Source of the DNA: Actinomycetes bacterium
GTDB taxonomy: Bacteria; Actinomycetota; Thermoleophilia; UBA2241
Assembly: GCA_037131205.1 (NCBI GenBank)
Contig: JBAXRL010000001.1
Coordinates: 1-46,726 of the forward strand
Length of the DNA stretch: 46,726 nucleotides
Reading direction: 5' to 3'
Part shown: in pieces, positions 34,348 through 46,558 of the stretch
Position numbering within the stretch: the first letter of the stretch is position 1
How the letters are laid out: each line of letters opens with the position of its first letter
Position numbers and translations under genes: made by a program
Notes under the pieces: generated by a model
The model's input: the letters and a program-made list of their open reading frames with translations, nothing else
The model's database searches: none
What the model was told of the DNA's origin: nothing

Positions 34348-36156
34348 TCACGCTCCTTCTGATTCGGTTGGCGCACACAGAGCGCCGGACAGGGCGGCCG
34401 GCTGAGCCCCTCCGCCGGCGATGAGCTCGAGCAAAGCTTCGGCCGCCGCGCGGGGGCCGGCGCTCTCGGCGCCGGGCAGCCCCAGCTGCGTGCGTAGCTG
34501 CCCGACGTACACGCCGGCCGCGTAGGCGGCGGCGAACGTCTTGCGCGCCAGGGCTTCGTGCTGCTCCGGGCGCTGCGCCGGCCCAAACGGGTTGGCGAAG
34601 TAGCTGTGCGTGAGCCCTGTCGACGTCGTGGTGCCTTTGGACATGGCGGCGCCGCCCGAGAAGACGGCCAGCGCCCCCTCTTGCTCGGGCAGCCGTTCGA
34701 GCACGGGATGCTCTTCGTCGACCGCCTCGTAGTTGTTGGCGTACAGCAGATAGTCCACCGGGTAGCCGCGCAGCACGTCTTCGAGCGACGTCACCGGCAG
34801 CACCACCCGCGCGTTCACGCGGTTGGGGCTCATGATGATGGCGCGGTCCATCTGCCCGAAGGCGTAGCCTTGCTGCAGGTCGTCGAGCCGCACGAACGCG
34901 CCGATCTCGGTGCCGTAGCCCAGCACGCGGCCGTCGGCGGCGACCTCGAGCGAACCCATGTCGTCGGCGATCACGCGCACCTCACGGATGCGCTCGTCGC
35001 CGACGATGCGCAGCGCCTCCAGGGTCTCCGACTTGCCGGTGGCCGTATCGCCGATGATGAGCACGCCGGCGGCGGCGCCGTCGGCCAGCACCAGCCGCGT
35101 GTAGGCGCCGTGGAACGGCATCAAGCCGCGGTCCATGGCGGCCACGTTGTGCAGCGTGAGCACCATCTTCTTGAGATAACCGAAGTAGCCGAAGCGGTCT
35201 TCGAGGGGGACGGCCGCGACGAGCAGACGACTCGCCCGGTCGTCGTGGAAGACGGTGGGCAGCTCGCCAAAACGGGCGAGCGCAGCCGGCGGGACGCCGT
35301 ACAGATACACGGCGTCGGGCCCGGCGGCGATTTCTTCGTCCGACGCCACCTCGAAGAGATTCGCGAGGCTCAGGCCCAGGCCGGCGAACCGCTGATGGAA
35401 GTAGACGAAGACGACGAGCCGGCCGACCAGCGCCGGGTAACAGAGCCACCGCTCGCGCTCGAGGCTGAGGCCGCCGAGCGGGTTGTCGGCGACCTCCGTG
35501 AACTGGCCGCTGCGCGTGTTGGTTGGCGGATCAAGCAGCAGGGGCGGGTACATGAGCAGGTTGCGCACGAACGGGATGCCGGCCAGCAGCTCGCGGTAGC
35601 GAGCCGGGGCCGGCCACTTCTGCGGCACGACGTAGACGCCCACCTCGGCGCCGGCCGCGACCTGGCGGTAGACGCGCGGCCGCCCACCGGTGACGTTCTC
35701 GGCGACATCGCGATAGAGGTCGCGGACCAGCCGCGCGAGAGTCTCCACGGTCTGGCTGAAGGCGCGCAGCGGCTGCTTGTCACCCGGCTGCGCCGCAGCG
35801 TCGGCGCGCACCACGAGGAAGCGGTCCCAGCGGCGCCAGAAGTCGTAGAGGCCCTCCACGAGCTCGTGCAGGCGCTCGCGTCCGGCGAGCAGGTCGCCGG
35901 GCCCGGCCCACGTGCGCGCCACGAGCTCGAGCGGGTTGTTGGCGAGCAGGCGGATGAGATCGAGGACCGCGGCTCTCTCGGGCAGCCCCAGCTCCGTGAG
36001 CGCCGCCGGGTTGTGGCGCTCGAGGTGGTCGACGCAGAGGTCGAGGACGCGCGCAAAGCCGGCGCTCTCCACGAGCTCCTGCGTGCTCGTGCACACGGCG
36101 CCCTCGGTGTGCATCACGACCTGGCGGTCGTCGATGTCGAGTCGCAGCAGGGACAT
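34348..36156 (-). CDS. uncharacterised 602-aa protein with an HprK/PEPCK-like P-loop domain in the C-terminal half
   Basis: ATG at 36156 with SD GGAGGA; the 770-aa track ORF carries a spurious N-terminal extension. The segment [29 protein letters not shown]...[22 protein letters not shown] resembles the HPr-kinase C-domain pattern. Confidence 0.65.
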   Translation of the reverse strand: MSLLRLDIDDRQVVMHTEGAVCTSTQELVESAGFARVLDLCVDHLERHNPAALTELGLPERAAVLDLIRLLANNPLELVARTWAGPGDLLAGRERLHELVEGLYDFWRRWDRFLVVRADAAAQPGDKQPLRAFSQTVETLARLVRDLYRDVAENVTGGRPRVYRQVAAGAEVGVYVVPQKWPAPARYRELLAGIPFVRNLLMYPPLLLDPPTNTRSGQFTEVADNPLGGLSLERERWLCYPALVGRLVVFVYFHQRFAGLGLSLANLFEVASDEEIAAGPDAVYLYGVPPAALARFGELPTVFHDDRASRLLVAAVPLEDRFGYFGYLKKMVLTLHNVAAMDRGLMPFHGAYTRLVLADGAAAGVLIIGDTATGKSETLEALRIVGDERIREVRVIADDMGSLEVAADGRVLGYGTEIGAFVRLDDLQQGYAFGQMDRAIIMSPNRVNARVVLPVTSLEDVLRGYPVDYLLYANNYEAVDEEHPVLERLPEQEGALAVFSGGAAMSKGTTTSTGLTHSYFANPFGPAQRPEQHEALARKTFAAAYAAGVYVGQLRTQLGLPGAESAGPRAAAEALLELIAGGGAQPAALSGALCAPTESEGA

Positions 36157-36319
36157 AAATCCTCCGGAAACGTTCGCGGGCTCGCCGTCAGTCACGCCGG
36201 CGAGCCCGCAGACTACCACAGGCCGGTGCGCCTGTGACCCTGCTTGCGGATACCATGGTACCTCGGCCGTCCGCCGCGCCCCCACCGTGACGGAACCCGA
36301 CGAAAGGGCATATCCCACC

Positions 36320-37501
36320 ATGGACAAGAGGCAACGCAGGAGACTGCGGGACCTGCTCGCCAGGCTCGATACCGGCGAGCGCACCAGGCTCACAAAGCGC
36401 GCCGCCAAGCTGCGCCAGGCGGCGCTGCGCACGATGACCGGCGACGCGCGCCGCCCGGAGCTGGAGGACTTCCTTCTGAGGCTGCTGGACGAGCAGGAGA
36501 AAGCGGCCGCCGGCTTCGCGGCGGCCCCGAGCGCCGCCGCCGCCCCGCCGGCCGGGCTCGACGGCAGCCGCCGCGGCACCGTGATCGTGGTGACCGCCGG
36601 CGCCTGCGTCGTGCAGGCCGGCGACGACGTGCTTGACGCGGTGCTGCCCGCCGACCTCACGCGCCGTCAGCAGAGCGGCCTGGCGGTCGGCGACGAAGCG
36701 CTGCTGGAGCCGTTCGGCAAGGGTCACCGCGTGACCGCGGTGTTGCCCCGCCGCAGCCTGCTCACGCGCGCCGACCCGCACGATGCGCGACGCTCACGCG
36801 CGATCGCCGCCAACGTGGACATCGTTGTCGTCGTGGTGGCCGCGAAGGCGCCACCGCTGCACCCGCGGCTCATCGACCGCTACCTCGTGGCGGTCGAGCG
36901 CTCGGGCGCCCGGGCAACGCTCGCGATCAACAAGGTCGACCTGCTCGACGGCGACGAGCGGCGCGACGTGCTCGCACTTCTGCAGCCGTATCGGGAGCTC
37001 GGCTTTCCGGTGCTCGCCTGCAGCGCCGCCGACGGCGAGGGCATCGAGGAGCTGCGCAGCGTGCTCTCCGGCGCGACCTGCGTCTTCGTCGGCCAGAGCG
37101 GCGTGGGCAAGTCGTCGCTGCTCAACGCCCTGCACGCGACGGCCGCGGCAAAGACCGGCGCGGTCCGCGCCGGCGACGGCCGCGGCCGCCACACCACCTC
37201 GTCGTCGAGCCTGTACGAACTGCCCGGCGGCGTGCGCGTGATCGATACGCCGGGCATCCGCCGCTTCAGCGTCGACGACGCCGACGCGGTCACGCTCGCC
37301 GACGGTTTCACCGAGTTCGCGCCATACGCGGCGCGCTGCAGGTACCGCGACTGCGCACACACGCACGAACCCGGCTGCGCGGTCAAGGCCGCCGTCGATG
37401 ACGGCGCCATCGCGCGCCGCCGATACACGAGCTACCTCAAGCTGCTCGGCGGCGACGGCGACGACCCGCGACGCGGCGACGGCGCTCAGATCAGCGTTTG
37501 A
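36320..37501 (+). CDS. rsgA: ribosome small-subunit-dependent GTPase A with an N-terminal extension
   Basis: ATG at 36320, 393 aa. Circularly permuted GTPase motifs are present (LAINKVDLL; GQSGVGKSSLLNAL; DTPGIR). The C-terminal zinc site is CRYRDCAHTHEPGC. The first ~100 aa are Arg/Ala-rich. Confidence 0.85.
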   Translation: MDKRQRRRLRDLLARLDTGERTRLTKRAAKLRQAALRTMTGDARRPELEDFLLRLLDEQEKAAAGFAAAPSAAAAPPAGLDGSRRGTVIVVTAGACVVQAGDDVLDAVLPADLTRRQQSGLAVGDEALLEPFGKGHRVTAVLPRRSLLTRADPHDARRSRAIAANVDIVVVVVAAKAPPLHPRLIDRYLVAVERSGARATLAINKVDLLDGDERRDVLALLQPYRELGFPVLACSAADGEGIEELRSVLSGATCVFVGQSGVGKSSLLNALHATAAAKTGAVRAGDGRGRHTTSSSSLYELPGGVRVIDTPGIRRFSVDDADAVTLADGFTEFAPYAARCRYRDCAHTHEPGCAVKAAVDDGAIARRRYTSYLKLLGGDGDDPRRGDGAQISV

Positions 37502-37522
37502 GGCCGCGTGCCGCCGTATGTG

Positions 37523-37558
37523 GCCGGGGCCGGCGGGCTTGCGCCCGCCGGCCCCGGC
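37523..37558. terminator. bidirectional hairpin between convergent rsgA and sod
   Basis: gccggggccggcgggc-ttgc-gcccgccggccccggc forms a perfect 16-bp stem. Confidence 0.55.
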
Positions 37559-37609
37559 GCTGCGGCCTGCCGCACCGAGCCCCGGCGCGACGAGCCCACT
37601 GCCCGCCCT

Positions 37610-38212
37610 TTACGTCGCGTTCGCCAGATTCGCCGCCGCGAAGTCCCAGTTGACGAGCTTGTCGAAGAACGTCTGCGTGTACACGGGGCGCAGGTTCTGG
37701 AAGTCGAGATAGTAGGCGTGTTCCCACACGTCCACCACCAGCAGCGGTGTGACGCCCTGCGCCGCCGGCATCTCGGCGTTGGGCGTGCTCACGATCTTGA
37801 GCTCGCCGTTGTCGGCCACCAGCCACGCCCAGCCGCTGCCGAAGCGACCCACGGCGGCCGCCTTGAAGTCCTCGACGAACTTCTCGTAGCTCCCGAAGGT
37901 CGCGACGAGCTTGTCGCCGAGCTCGCCGCCTGGAGCGCCTCCGCCGCCCGGCTTCATGCCCTTCCAGAAGAAGGTGTGGTTCCACACCTGCGCGGCGTTG
38001 TTGAACACGGGCTGCTTGTCGGGTTTGCCGGCCACGGCCATGATCACATCCTCGAGGGACTTGCCCTCGAGGTCGGTGCCGGCCACGAGCTTGTTGAGCG
38101 TGTCGACGTAGGTCTTGTGGTGCTTGCCGTAGTGGAAGCTGATCGTCCTCGCCGAGTAGGCCGGCTCAAGAGCGTCTTCCGCGTACGGGAGCGGCGGCAG
38201 TTCGAACGCCAT
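37610..38212 (-). CDS. sodB: Fe/Mn-family superoxide dismutase (Fe-type signature)
   Basis: 200 aa with FELPPLPY, HYGKHH, AAQVWNHTFFW (Fe-type Gln position) and DVWEHAYYLDFQN. SD AAGGAGGA is present. Confidence 0.9.
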   Translation of the reverse strand: MAFELPPLPYAEDALEPAYSARTISFHYGKHHKTYVDTLNKLVAGTDLEGKSLEDVIMAVAGKPDKQPVFNNAAQVWNHTFFWKGMKPGGGGAPGGELGDKLVATFGSYEKFVEDFKAAAVGRFGSGWAWLVADNGELKIVSTPNAEMPAAQGVTPLLVVDVWEHAYYLDFQNLRPVYTQTFFDKLVNWDFAAANLANAT

Positions 38213-38231
38213 CGGTCCTCCTTGTCGTGGG

Positions 38232-38621
38232 TCAGATGTCGACTTCTACGGCGCCGTCGGTGACGCGCGCCGGGTACGTGTGCAGGTCGTGCACACGGGT
38301 CTTCCATTGCAGCCTCTTCTCGAGCTTGAAGTACCGCTGGACGGGCTCCGGGATGGCGGCTTCGTCGCCCATATCGTGATCGATGGGCCAGCTCAGGTTC
38401 TTGCCGCTGCGGATGTCGAACTGGCCGTCGTGCAGCGGGCAGGTGAGGATCCAGCCCTCCAGCGACCCCTGGTCCAGCGGCGCGTTCTGGTGCCCGCAGC
38501 GCCGGCTCACCGCGTAGATGTCGCCGTTGTACTCGCACAGGCAGATCTCGCGGTCCTCGGCGCGCACGTACTTCATGCCGCCGGGGGCGATGTCGTCGAG
38601 CTTCGCTACTTCGTGCCACAT
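38232..38621 (-). CDS. Rieske [2Fe-2S] ferredoxin-like protein
   Basis: 129 aa. The motifs CGHQNAPL (CxH) and CPLHDGQF (CxxH) are spaced as in Rieske ferredoxins. Confidence 0.85.
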   Translation of the reverse strand: MWHEVAKLDDIAPGGMKYVRAEDREICLCEYNGDIYAVSRRCGHQNAPLDQGSLEGWILTCPLHDGQFDIRSGKNLSWPIDHDMGDEAAIPEPVQRYFKLEKRLQWKTRVHDLHTYPARVTDGAVEVDI

Positions 38622-38628
38622 CTCGGCC

Positions 38629-38955
38629 TCACCCCTCGTCCGGTGGGAACTGCAGCAGGCTGTCCGGATCGCTGACGTCCTTGTGGACGAAGAGCCCGCA
38701 CCAGCAGCGTTTCATCGTGTCGAAATGCTCGCGGTGGAAGGGGATGCAGGGGCACACGATGAGCATATCTTCGGCGCGCACGCGGCTGCGCCCCTGGCAG
38801 GGGCAGAACGGCGCCCCATGATCCTGTTCCAGCTTGACCTCCTGCTCCAGCAGGAAGTCCGCGAGCTCCGCGTCGGGGGTGAACTTGTAGCCGAGCGGGT
38901 CGACGACGCGCGTGAACAGGTAGTGCAGCGATTCCTTGCGTGCGGCGCTGCCCAC
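38629..38955 (-). CDS. ferredoxin:thioredoxin reductase catalytic-subunit-like protein (FTRc/FDR family)
   Basis: 108 aa with GTG start. It carries CPC-x14-CPC-x13-CWCGLF, the FTR catalytic-subunit cysteine pattern with W in place of the plant/cyanobacterial H. Confidence 0.8.
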   Translation of the reverse strand: MGSAARKESLHYLFTRVVDPLGYKFTPDAELADFLLEQEVKLEQDHGAPFCPCQGRSRVRAEDMLIVCPCIPFHREHFDTMKRCWCGLFVHKDVSDPDSLLQFPPDEG

Positions 38956-38958
38956 GGC

Positions 38959-39219
38959 TCAGCCCCCCCAACCTTTGAGATGCTCGAGGAACTTGCCGGG
39001 GTTGTGACCCACGATCACCTCGCCGTTGATGACCACCACGGGAAAGCGGCGGCCGCCGCTGAGCTTGTAGGCCTTCTCGGCGGCCTCGTCCTGCTGGTCG
39101 CCGGGCAGCGTGTCGACCTCGACGGACTCGAAGGCGATCCTGCTGTCGGTGAACCACTGCCTGGTCTTGCGGCACCAGGGGCACGTACTCAGCGCGTAGA
39201 CCACCACCTCGTCGGTCAT
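38959..39219 (-). CDS. glutaredoxin-like protein (CPWC active site)
   Basis: 86 aa from the ATG at 39219 (SD GAAGGGAG 7 nt upstream); GTG 39225 is an alternative start. Carries VVVYALSTCPWCRKTRQWF...FPVVVINGEVIVG. Confidence 0.8.
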   Translation of the reverse strand: MTDEVVVYALSTCPWCRKTRQWFTDSRIAFESVEVDTLPGDQQDEAAEKAYKLSGGRRFPVVVINGEVIVGHNPGKFLEHLKGWGG

Positions 39220-39221
39220 CG

Positions 39222-39560
39222 TCACGCTCCCTTCAGCTCAACGAGGACCTTGCCGTCCTCGATCCTGGTCGCGAAGGTCTCGATGCTGAGCTCGGGTGCG
39301 TCCAGCAACTGACCCGTGCGCACGTCAAAGCGCCAGTCATGGCAGGGACAGGTGAGCACGGCGCCCTCGAGGCTGCCGCCCTCCAGCGGGCACGCCATGT
39401 GGGCGCACTTGTTCGCCACGGCGTGAAGAGCGCCGCCCACACGCACCAGCAGGATGCCGAGGCCTTTGGGGTAGACGGGCACGTAGGCGCCGTCACGAAC
39501 CTTGCTGTCGTCGATGGTGGGGACCCATTGAGGTCCGGACACTGCACACCCCTTCCGCAT
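39222..39560 (-). CDS. Rieske [2Fe-2S] ferredoxin-like protein
   Basis: CAHMACPL (CxH) and CPCHDWRF (CxxH) are present. The start is either ATG 39560 or GTG 39542 (SD AAGGGG 6 nt upstream). The stop overlaps the GTG 39225 of the grx-like gene. Confidence 0.8.
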   Translation of the reverse strand: MRKGCAVSGPQWVPTIDDSKVRDGAYVPVYPKGLGILLVRVGGALHAVANKCAHMACPLEGGSLEGAVLTCPCHDWRFDVRTGQLLDAPELSIETFATRIEDGKVLVELKGA

Positions 39561-39737
39561 GGCTTGCTCTCGGCTCGAGGACCCGTGGGGCGGAGCCTGT
39601 CTCTCCGGCGCCGGGCCGGAGGGCGGCGCCCGCCGCGTCACGGGTCGCTAGCGGAAATACCCCGGCTCGCGACGCGGCAAACTGTCGGCCGCGCGGCGGC
39701 GGCGGGGGCGGCTGCGCCGGCCCGCCCACCCCGGCCG

Positions 39738-40241
39738 TCACCAGCGGTCGTAGTGGACGCGCTCCGGGTCGTAGCGCTCGGAGGGCGCCTTCTGCTCGGC
39801 CGGCCAGCCGACCGGGACCAGGGCGAAGGGCGTGATGTGCCTGGGGATGCCGAGCAGGGCGCGCACGCCATCGACGCGCTCCTCCAGCGGATGCACGCCC
39901 AGCCACACGGCCCCGAGGCCGAGCTGCGCCGCCGCGATCAGCAGGTTCTCCGTGGCGGCGGCGCAGTCCTGTTCCCAATACTGCGGCCAGCGCTCCAGGT
40001 GGCGGTCGCCGCAGACGAGGATCGCGAGCGCCGCCTTCGGCGCCATCGTCGCGTAGGGGTGTACCTCGGGGATGGCCTCCAGCAGGGAGCGCTCACGGAT
40101 GACGACGAACCGCCACGGCTGCTGGTTGCCGGCGGACGGCGCCGCCATGGCCGCGCGCAGCAGACGCTCCACGTGCTCGTCGGGCACCGGCTCGGCCGTG
40201 TACTTGCGGATGCTGCGCCGCCCCAGGACGGGGTCGTCCAT
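39738..40241 (-). CDS. nitroreductase-family protein
   Basis: 167 aa with RRSIRKYT..PV, APSAGNQQPWRFVV and the typical length. SD GAGGTGA is present. Confidence 0.85.
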   Translation of the reverse strand: MDDPVLGRRSIRKYTAEPVPDEHVERLLRAAMAAPSAGNQQPWRFVVIRERSLLEAIPEVHPYATMAPKAALAILVCGDRHLERWPQYWEQDCAAATENLLIAAAQLGLGAVWLGVHPLEERVDGVRALLGIPRHITPFALVPVGWPAEQKAPSERYDPERVHYDRW

Positions 40242-40354
40242 CGATCACCTCACGAGTCGCTGCCGCGGCCAGCGTACCCGTCAGCGGCGGCGCTTGCCAC
40301 CGGACGCGGGCGGCGGGCGGCTCTTCCGGCCGCCCGCCGCCCGCCCCGCGTCTT

Positions 40355-40807
40355 CTACCGGGCAGCGATCGTCAGCGAAAAGTCGGAGGCGCTCTTGCCG
40401 TCCGCCTCCCACGGCCGCACGTAGAGGCCGGTCAGCGTGAGCGTCCCGGCCGCGTCCGCCCTGTAGACCCACGAGTGCGTCCCGCCGGCGCCTTCCAGCG
40501 GGGACGGTGACGGGCTCGGCCCGGTGAACTGGTCGCTCACCAGCGTCAGGCCGGGACCGGCCTTCATGTCCCACTGGTAGCCGGTGGTCGGGTTCTCATC
40601 GAGGGTGACGGTGAACCGCTCGCCGACGCGCGCCGCGACCGTGGCCCCGTCGTCGGCCGCCGTGTACACCGCGGGCGGCGACGGCGCCGGCGGATCCCCC
40701 GCCGAACCGCCGCAGGCCGCGAGAGCGGCGGCGGAAGCCAGAGCCATCGCAACGCTCACGATCACGGCGCCCCGGCGCAGCCGGCTCGCATACGATGAGT
40801 GCATCAC
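40355..40807 (-). CDS. chagasin-family (I42) peptidase-inhibitor lipoprotein
   Basis: 150 aa with lipobox LAACGG and the NPTTGYQW motif characteristic of Inhibitor_I42. Confidence 0.75.
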   Translation of the reverse strand: MMHSSYASRLRRGAVIVSVAMALASAAALAACGGSAGDPPAPSPPAVYTAADDGATVAARVGERFTVTLDENPTTGYQWDMKAGPGLTLVSDQFTGPSPSPSPLEGAGGTHSWVYRADAAGTLTLTGLYVRPWEADGKSASDFSLTIAAR

Positions 40808-40844
40808 GTCACCGCCGACAGGTCGGCGCGCCGGGCATCCACGG

Positions 40845-41309
40845 CTACTTCCCCTGTACGGTCATGGAGAAGTCGGGCTGCGCGCCCGGCGACGGCGAGT
40901 TCCACTGCTGCTGGTACGTGCCCGTCAGGTCAGACGCGCCGGCTTTGGTCACTTTCAGGGTGACGACCTGCGTGCCGCCCGACCCGGCCACATTCGACGG
41001 GCTGGGGTCGGGGACGTACTCGCTGCTCTCGATGGTGAAGGTGTCGCCGGCGGTGAATTCCCACGAGTAGCCGGTCGTCGCGTTGGCGTCCAGGCTCACG
41101 ACGATGGTGTCGCCGACCGCGGCGTCCACTGTAGTCCCGGTCTGCGCCACGGGCGTGATCTCGATGGTCTTCGGGGCGGCCGGGCTCCCGCCGTCTCCGC
41201 TGCCCCCGCTGCTGCCGCAGGCGGCCAGCGAGGCCGCCGCGAGCAGCGCGGCCACGGTCAAAGCGCCCACGCACAGCAGGCCGATCCTTGAGTTTGCGCG
41301 AATCCGCAT
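40845..41309 (-). CDS. chagasin-family (I42) peptidase-inhibitor lipoprotein, tandem paralog
   Basis: 154 aa with lipobox LAACGS and the motif variant NATTGYSW. Confidence 0.7.
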   Translation of the reverse strand: MRIRANSRIGLLCVGALTVAALLAAASLAACGSSGGSGDGGSPAAPKTIEITPVAQTGTTVDAAVGDTIVVSLDANATTGYSWEFTAGDTFTIESSEYVPDPSPSNVAGSGGTQVVTLKVTKAGASDLTGTYQQQWNSPSPGAQPDFSMTVQGK

Positions 41310-41448
41310 GTCTCCCTCCAGAGCTCGATAACCTATCGTCCGTCAGTCTTCGAGACGCGCCACGTTTGTCTTGCGTTCGCAGTGCGGGTATCATCCCGCA
41401 AAGGGAACTACCTTCCGCCCTTGTGTCGACCTCCCCCACCTTTCTGTC

Positions 41449-44149
<2,701 letters not shown>

Positions 44150-44427
44150 AGGCGGCTCAGCCGCCGCCGCACGGCCGGGCCGCGCGGCAAGCCCCGCCGC
44201 CGCACCCCTTTGACCGCGGCGGCGCGAAGCCTCAGACTGAGGGCTACATCCTCGCTCCCGCCCGCGGCAGGCTGGGCCGGGCGGCAGCGGGCGCCGCGGG
44301 CAGGCTGAGGGCGGCCGCCGCGGCGGGCACGACCCGGCCGCTTGAGGAGGTGACGGCAGCACATCCCACGTCCGGCCGCGGAGCCTGACCTCCGCGCGCT
44401 ACCCCTTCGTGGACCTCAGGAGGCCCC

Positions 44428-46524
44428 ATGGATCGTCGTCGCAGCGTTCTCCTTGTCGCTCTGGCCGTGCTGGCCCTGGCTCTGATCCTGCCGGCGGCCG
44501 CTGCCGCCGGCGGCATGCTCACCTACGACCAGGCCATCGACTATCTGTACGCCAAGGGCTACCCCAACAACATCGAGACCTACCTGGACAACCTCGGCAC
44601 GTCGCCGCTGGGCTACCGTCTTGCCGGCACACCGGCCGACAACGAAGCGGCGTACTACCTTGCCGACAAGCTCTCGGCGATGGGCCTCAGAGTCACCATG
44701 GAGCGGGTGCCGGTGGACGTCTGGGACGTGCGCGGGGCCGGCGTCACCGTGGGCGCCAACGTGTTCGAGTGCTCGCAGTTCGCCGGCGTGCCGGGCACCG
44801 TGGAAGACGGCATCACCGCCGACGTGGCCTACGTGGGCAGCGGCCTGGCCGCCGACTACGAGGGCCTCGACGTGAAGGGCAAGATCGTCGTCGTCGACTC
44901 CTCCATGGACAACTTCTGGTTCAACATGCAGGGCGACGAAGCCACGAGGCACGGCGCCAAGGCCGTGATCCTCACGAGCAACGCCAGCGACCCCAACGCC
45001 GCGTATCCCTCGGCGCCCTGGTACATCGTCGCTCCCGACGCGCTCGGCGCCAACGACGGCGAGTACGACATGAAGTTCGTGCCGCTGATCTACATGTCGC
45101 AGAAGGACGGCGACTGGCTGAAGGCCGAGATCGCCGCCGGCGCCGCGAAGCACTCCAGCGTCCGCGCCACCTTCAGGAGCGACGTCGTCATCACCATGGC
45201 CGCCGACGACGGCTACGGCTGGAACGTGCTGGCCAAGCTGCCCGGCACGGCCCGCAACGGGCAGAAGGTCATCATCAACGCGCACCACGACGCGTACTTC
45301 CGCGCCGGCCTCGACGACACCGGCGCCGTCGCCGAGACCATGGCGATGGCCAGGGCCATGATCATGAGCGGCTACCAGCCGAAGCGCGACATCGTCTTCC
45401 TCTTCGACACCGCCGAGGAGTTCGGCTTCACCAACTCCTGGTACGACTGGAGCATCGGCGCCTGGACCTTCATCACCCAGGAGCATCCCGGGTGGGTGGG
45501 CAAGATCGCCGCCTTCTGGAGCGTCGAGCTGATGGCCGCCAAGGACGCGACCCTCGACTTCAACACGGCGCCCGAGCTGGCGGCGTGGCTCGATAAGAAC
45601 GCCGCCGCCGGAGAGGCGGCCGGCTTCCTCCCCAACGGCTACACCCTCGAGACGCCGCAGAGCACGTGGCAGAACGGCTGGAGCCTGCAGGCGTCCGGCG
45701 TACCCAGCTTCGAGGTCTCGGCCGGCGGCCCCGACTTCGGCACCCTGTACCACACTACCTACGAGGTGCAGGATCTGCTGGACTGGGACTACATGGCGGG
45801 CATCAACAAGTTCTTCTTCCGCCTGTTCAAGAGCATGGACGGCGCCGTGCTGCCGTATGACTTCGCGGCCCGCGGCGCGGATCTCGAGAGCACCATCGAT
45901 GTCGCCGCGCTCACCGCCGCGGGCGTCAGCGCCGCCGATGCCCAGTCGATGGCCCGCGTGGCCGCGGCCGTCACGACCAAGGGCGCGGCCTGGAACAAGA
46001 GCAAAGGCATGGTCAGCAGGGCGAACCGCGGCAACGCCGACTACACGCTGTTGCAGGCCGCGGACATCTCCCTCGAGAGCTACACGGCTCTTGACGCCTG
46101 GGACGTCAACATCTACCCGCATCAGCAGACGCTGTGGGACATCCAGAACATGGATGCTGCGCTGGCGGCCCTGCGGTCCACGCCGGCCGACCCGGATGCG
46201 GCCACCGAGGCACTGGCCGCGGTGGGCAGCAACTGGCTGGCCACCCTGTTCAGCCCCAGCGTGTACCTCTACGACCTCACGCGCCGCGATCCCGAGTACT
46301 ACCGCGTCACCTGGGGCGCTCTGGGCAAGCAGGTCGACCAGTTCGACATGACGCCGGCGTGGGCGCTCATCTCCAGCGGCGACTACAACGCCGCCGCCGC
46401 CAAGGTGCAGAAGATGCGCGATGCCGACGCTCTCAGCCTGCGCATGCGTGTCAAGCGCATGGTCGAGGCGGGCGCGCTACTCGGCCAGGAGCTCAGCTAC
46501 CTGAACTGGCTGACGAAGCAGTAG
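44428..46524 (+). CDS. secreted M28-family metallopeptidase with a PA domain
   Basis: 698 aa with SD AGGAGG and a signal peptide. Carries a PA-like insert (KGKIVVVD) and M28 metal-ligand blocks (INAHHDAYF..GLDDTG; DTAEEFG). Confidence 0.75.
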   Translation: MDRRRSVLLVALAVLALALILPAAAAAGGMLTYDQAIDYLYAKGYPNNIETYLDNLGTSPLGYRLAGTPADNEAAYYLADKLSAMGLRVTMERVPVDVWDVRGAGVTVGANVFECSQFAGVPGTVEDGITADVAYVGSGLAADYEGLDVKGKIVVVDSSMDNFWFNMQGDEATRHGAKAVILTSNASDPNAAYPSAPWYIVAPDALGANDGEYDMKFVPLIYMSQKDGDWLKAEIAAGAAKHSSVRATFRSDVVITMAADDGYGWNVLAKLPGTARNGQKVIINAHHDAYFRAGLDDTGAVAETMAMARAMIMSGYQPKRDIVFLFDTAEEFGFTNSWYDWSIGAWTFITQEHPGWVGKIAAFWSVELMAAKDATLDFNTAPELAAWLDKNAAAGEAAGFLPNGYTLETPQSTWQNGWSLQASGVPSFEVSAGGPDFGTLYHTTYEVQDLLDWDYMAGINKFFFRLFKSMDGAVLPYDFAARGADLESTIDVAALTAAGVSAADAQSMARVAAAVTTKGAAWNKSKGMVSRANRGNADYTLLQAADISLESYTALDAWDVNIYPHQQTLWDIQNMDAALAALRSTPADPDAATEALAAVGSNWLATLFSPSVYLYDLTRRDPEYYRVTWGALGKQVDQFDMTPAWALISSGDYNAAAAKVQKMRDADALSLRMRVKRMVEAGALLGQELSYLNWLTKQ

Positions 46525-46558
46525 GGCCGCGCGAGTGACTCGCGTGGCGCCGCAATCA

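Noticed and set aside
34348-36660. 770-aa version of the HprK-like ORF
   Set aside because: The first 168 codons are Ser/Ala/Arg low-complexity sequence and overlap rsgA on the other strand. The ATG at 36156 has a GGAGGA SD.
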